Made by a program: the position numbers and the translations under genes. This document shows positions 61,675 to 64,000 of a stretch of DNA of 64,000 bases, one piece after another. The notes beneath the pieces are model-generated. The model saw only the letters and a list, made by a program, of their open reading frames with translations. It was not told the origin of the DNA and did no database searches. Within the stretch, counting starts at the first letter, position 1; the number at the start of each line of letters is the position of its first letter. Origin of the DNA: Eukaryota sp. TZLM1-RC (Eukaryota > Protista > Metamonada: BaSk clade). Location: contig JAUPSS010000004.1 in the NCBI GenBank assembly GCA_040285825.1, forward strand, positions 930,001-994,000. Reading direction: 5' to 3'.

Positions 61675-62289
61675 GGTCAATGTGGTAATACATGCTTGCC
61701 ATGTAATTCATTTTTTATTATTTGTAGAAATTTTCACCTTCCTTTACCAATTGAATGATGATTAACAATAACCATCACATTGGTTTAATCGTTGAAACTT
61801 GATCAGTGTGTAACTGAAACGAGGGACGTGGTTTCCTTTTCTAATACCAATAACCTAAATTAATTACAGCATCAACATAACTATTTATGCAAGTAAATTC
61901 AACAACCGAAAATTAATTCAATTATCTTCTATTTACATTTATAATGTGCAATTTGGCATAATTCGATGGAGCCAACAACAAATATATCAAATGTGTTTAA
62001 TTTGTATAAGTTGAAATAAAAACATTGACCTGTTGTAAACAATATGAGTTAGTAAGTTTAACAATTTTAATTAACCATGTTTTGCTTTTTGAAAAACATT
62101 TCGAAGTACCAGATCTCAATTTAAATTTAAGTGATCATTTGATATAGTTTCACTTCATTGGTTTTTATATGCTGGTTAATCATCATTTTTTATTTAACAA
62201 TATTTGATTAAAACTGAAAATAAATAAATGTAACATAAAAAACCAAAATTATTTATTGAATAGACCACAGTACTTTAAAATCTTCTACT

Positions 62290-63080
62290 TCATGATCGTC
62301 TGGCAAGCTGCCTTTTGCAATCTTCTATCCTATCAGCAGCATCTTCATCACCAGCGTTCTTGGCCTTTTCGTACCATTTGATAGCTTGGCGACCGTTTTT
62401 AGGTACACCGTAACCGTCTTCATAACAAACACCTAAATTTAATATTCCGTACTTATTACCCAATTCAGCAGCTTTTTGGTAATAAAACACGGCTTGAGAA
62501 TAGTCTTGTTCAACACCAAGGCCTTGGTTATAACAGTAACCTAAACTACACATGGTATTAGCATTACCAGCATCAGCACCTTTTTTGAACCAATAAAAAG
62601 CTTGTTGATGGTCTTGATCAACACCTTGACCATCTCTATAACAAACACCTAAATTAAACATAGCAACGCTGATACCAGCTTCAGCTGCCTTGCTATACCA
62701 ATAAAAGGCTTGTTGGTAATCCTTTTCTACCCCATGACCATTTTCATAACAACAACCTAAACTATTCATAGCACCAGCATGACCAGCATCAGCAGCTTTT
62801 TTGAACCAATAAAAAGCTGTTGATGGTCTTGATCAACACCTTTGCCATCTATATAACAATTACCTAAATTAAACATAGCAACACTATAACCAGCTTCAGC
62901 TGCCTTGCTATACCAATAAAAACCTTGTTGGTAATCCTTTTCTGCGCCAAGATCATGGTTATAACAATACCCTAAACTATTCATAGCACCAGCATGACCA
63001 ACATCAGCAGCTTTTTTGAACCAATAAAAAGCTTGTTGATGGTCTTGATCAACACCTTCGCCATCTCTATAACAAACACC
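62290..63080 (-). pseudogene. Sel1-repeat array fragment with a frameshift near 62818
   Basis: ~7 Sel1 units; abruptly joined to CRE family C sequence at 63080. Confidence 0.88.
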
Positions 63081-63345
63081 TCTTTAATACACGATATTCC
63101 TGCAGTTTGTGCCATATTAACAACAGTGTCTCTAACAGCATCATGTAATGAAGAACGGTAATTTATCAATTTAGAGCAATTCAGAGCATGGCGCAAAGTG
63201 ATTGAGGTGAACTCGAACAAATACATTTTTCTTTTGATAATAATTGATTAATGGGGATATTCAAATATAATCTCATTTTTGTTACAAACGCTTCATTAGT
63301 GGTGAACATTTTACATCCCAGTAATTGAGACAGAACTTGTGCTTT
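63081..63345 (-). mobile_element. CRE-like family C internal fragment with a deletion
   Basis: Matches 60915-61135 joined to 61608-61642. Confidence 0.88.
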
Positions 63346-63419
63346 GTTACAATTGGAAATTTTGGGTCTCTGTTGAAATAAAAAAAATAAAACAATTAAA
63401 AACAAAAATATTTAATGAA

Positions 63420-63750
63420 CTAAAAAATGACTGAAATATGACAACGTTCTAATCTTGCGCTAGCAACTGGATGAGCAGCATTTTTAGACTTTTGGTTAGA
63501 ATTTAATAGCTTTGTGAAGGTCTTTAGGTACACCTTTACCAAATTCATAACAGAAACCTGTGTTGAGCAATCCATGTGTCCCAATTCGGCTGCTTTTTGG
63601 AACCATAAAACCGCCTGAGAAAAGTCCTGGTGAACACAGCTACAATTGTCATGATAAATGTCTAAATGATACATACAACAGGGTAACCAGCATCAGCAGC
63701 TTCATGGTACCAAATAAAAGACTGAAGGTATTGTTTTTTCCTGTACCACC
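63420..63750 (-). pseudogene. Decayed Sel1-repeat fragment
   Basis: QAVLWFQKAAELGH; terminal HP.A..RLE.C. Confidence 0.7.
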
Positions 63751-64000
63751 TTAAACCTTTTGCATCATTTCTTTAGCGGTGCAGCCGCTACAAATCAGAT
63801 TTATTTGTTGCTCCTGCCCATTCACGAATCGGGTTAATACATCGATTCTAGAACAAAGATGAGATAATTGTTGAGTTTATTCTTGATTTCGTAATTTAAA
63901 TTCTTCGTTTGTCTGTTTTATACCAATGTTAACTTCGCAAAAAGTTTGCTATTTTTGATTCAAGGTTTAATTGTTTGGGTTTTTAAGCGCAAATGTGACA

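Noticed and set aside
1-64000. tRNA, rRNA or spliced-leader RNA genes
   Set aside because: None recognised by eye; a covariance-model search would be needed to exclude them.

Overview
AT-rich eukaryotic (protist-like) DNA read with the standard genetic code. One spliceosomal intron has GTATGT...ACTAACAATAG signals resembling those of Trichomonas/Giardia; the lineage is inference only. Most of the window is a mosaic of mobile-element and gene-family fragments. Two host genes look intact: a protein kinase-coiled-coil-Sel1-repeat gene (22705-24888) and a signal peptide peptidase (37293-38303). Damaged host genes include a frameshifted Spindle-E-like DEAH helicase, an RCC1-repeat pseudogene and several Sel1 fragments. 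Mobile elements: three or more families of CRE-like non-LTR retrotransposons with a restriction-like endonuclease (RLE), including one apparently full-length copy and one insertion whose empty site is visible in a ~3 kb duplication; a Ty3/Gypsy element with a chromodomain-like tail and a 77-bp LTR, plus related gag remnants; and MULE and IS630/Tc1 transposase remnants. The most notable item, mostly missed by the ORF track, is a decayed Fanzor (eukaryotic TnpB-like RNA-guided nuclease) gene at ~41378-41990, directly downstream of an IS630/Tc1 transposase remnant. All calls come from motif recognition by eye, and boundaries of decayed fragments are approximate.
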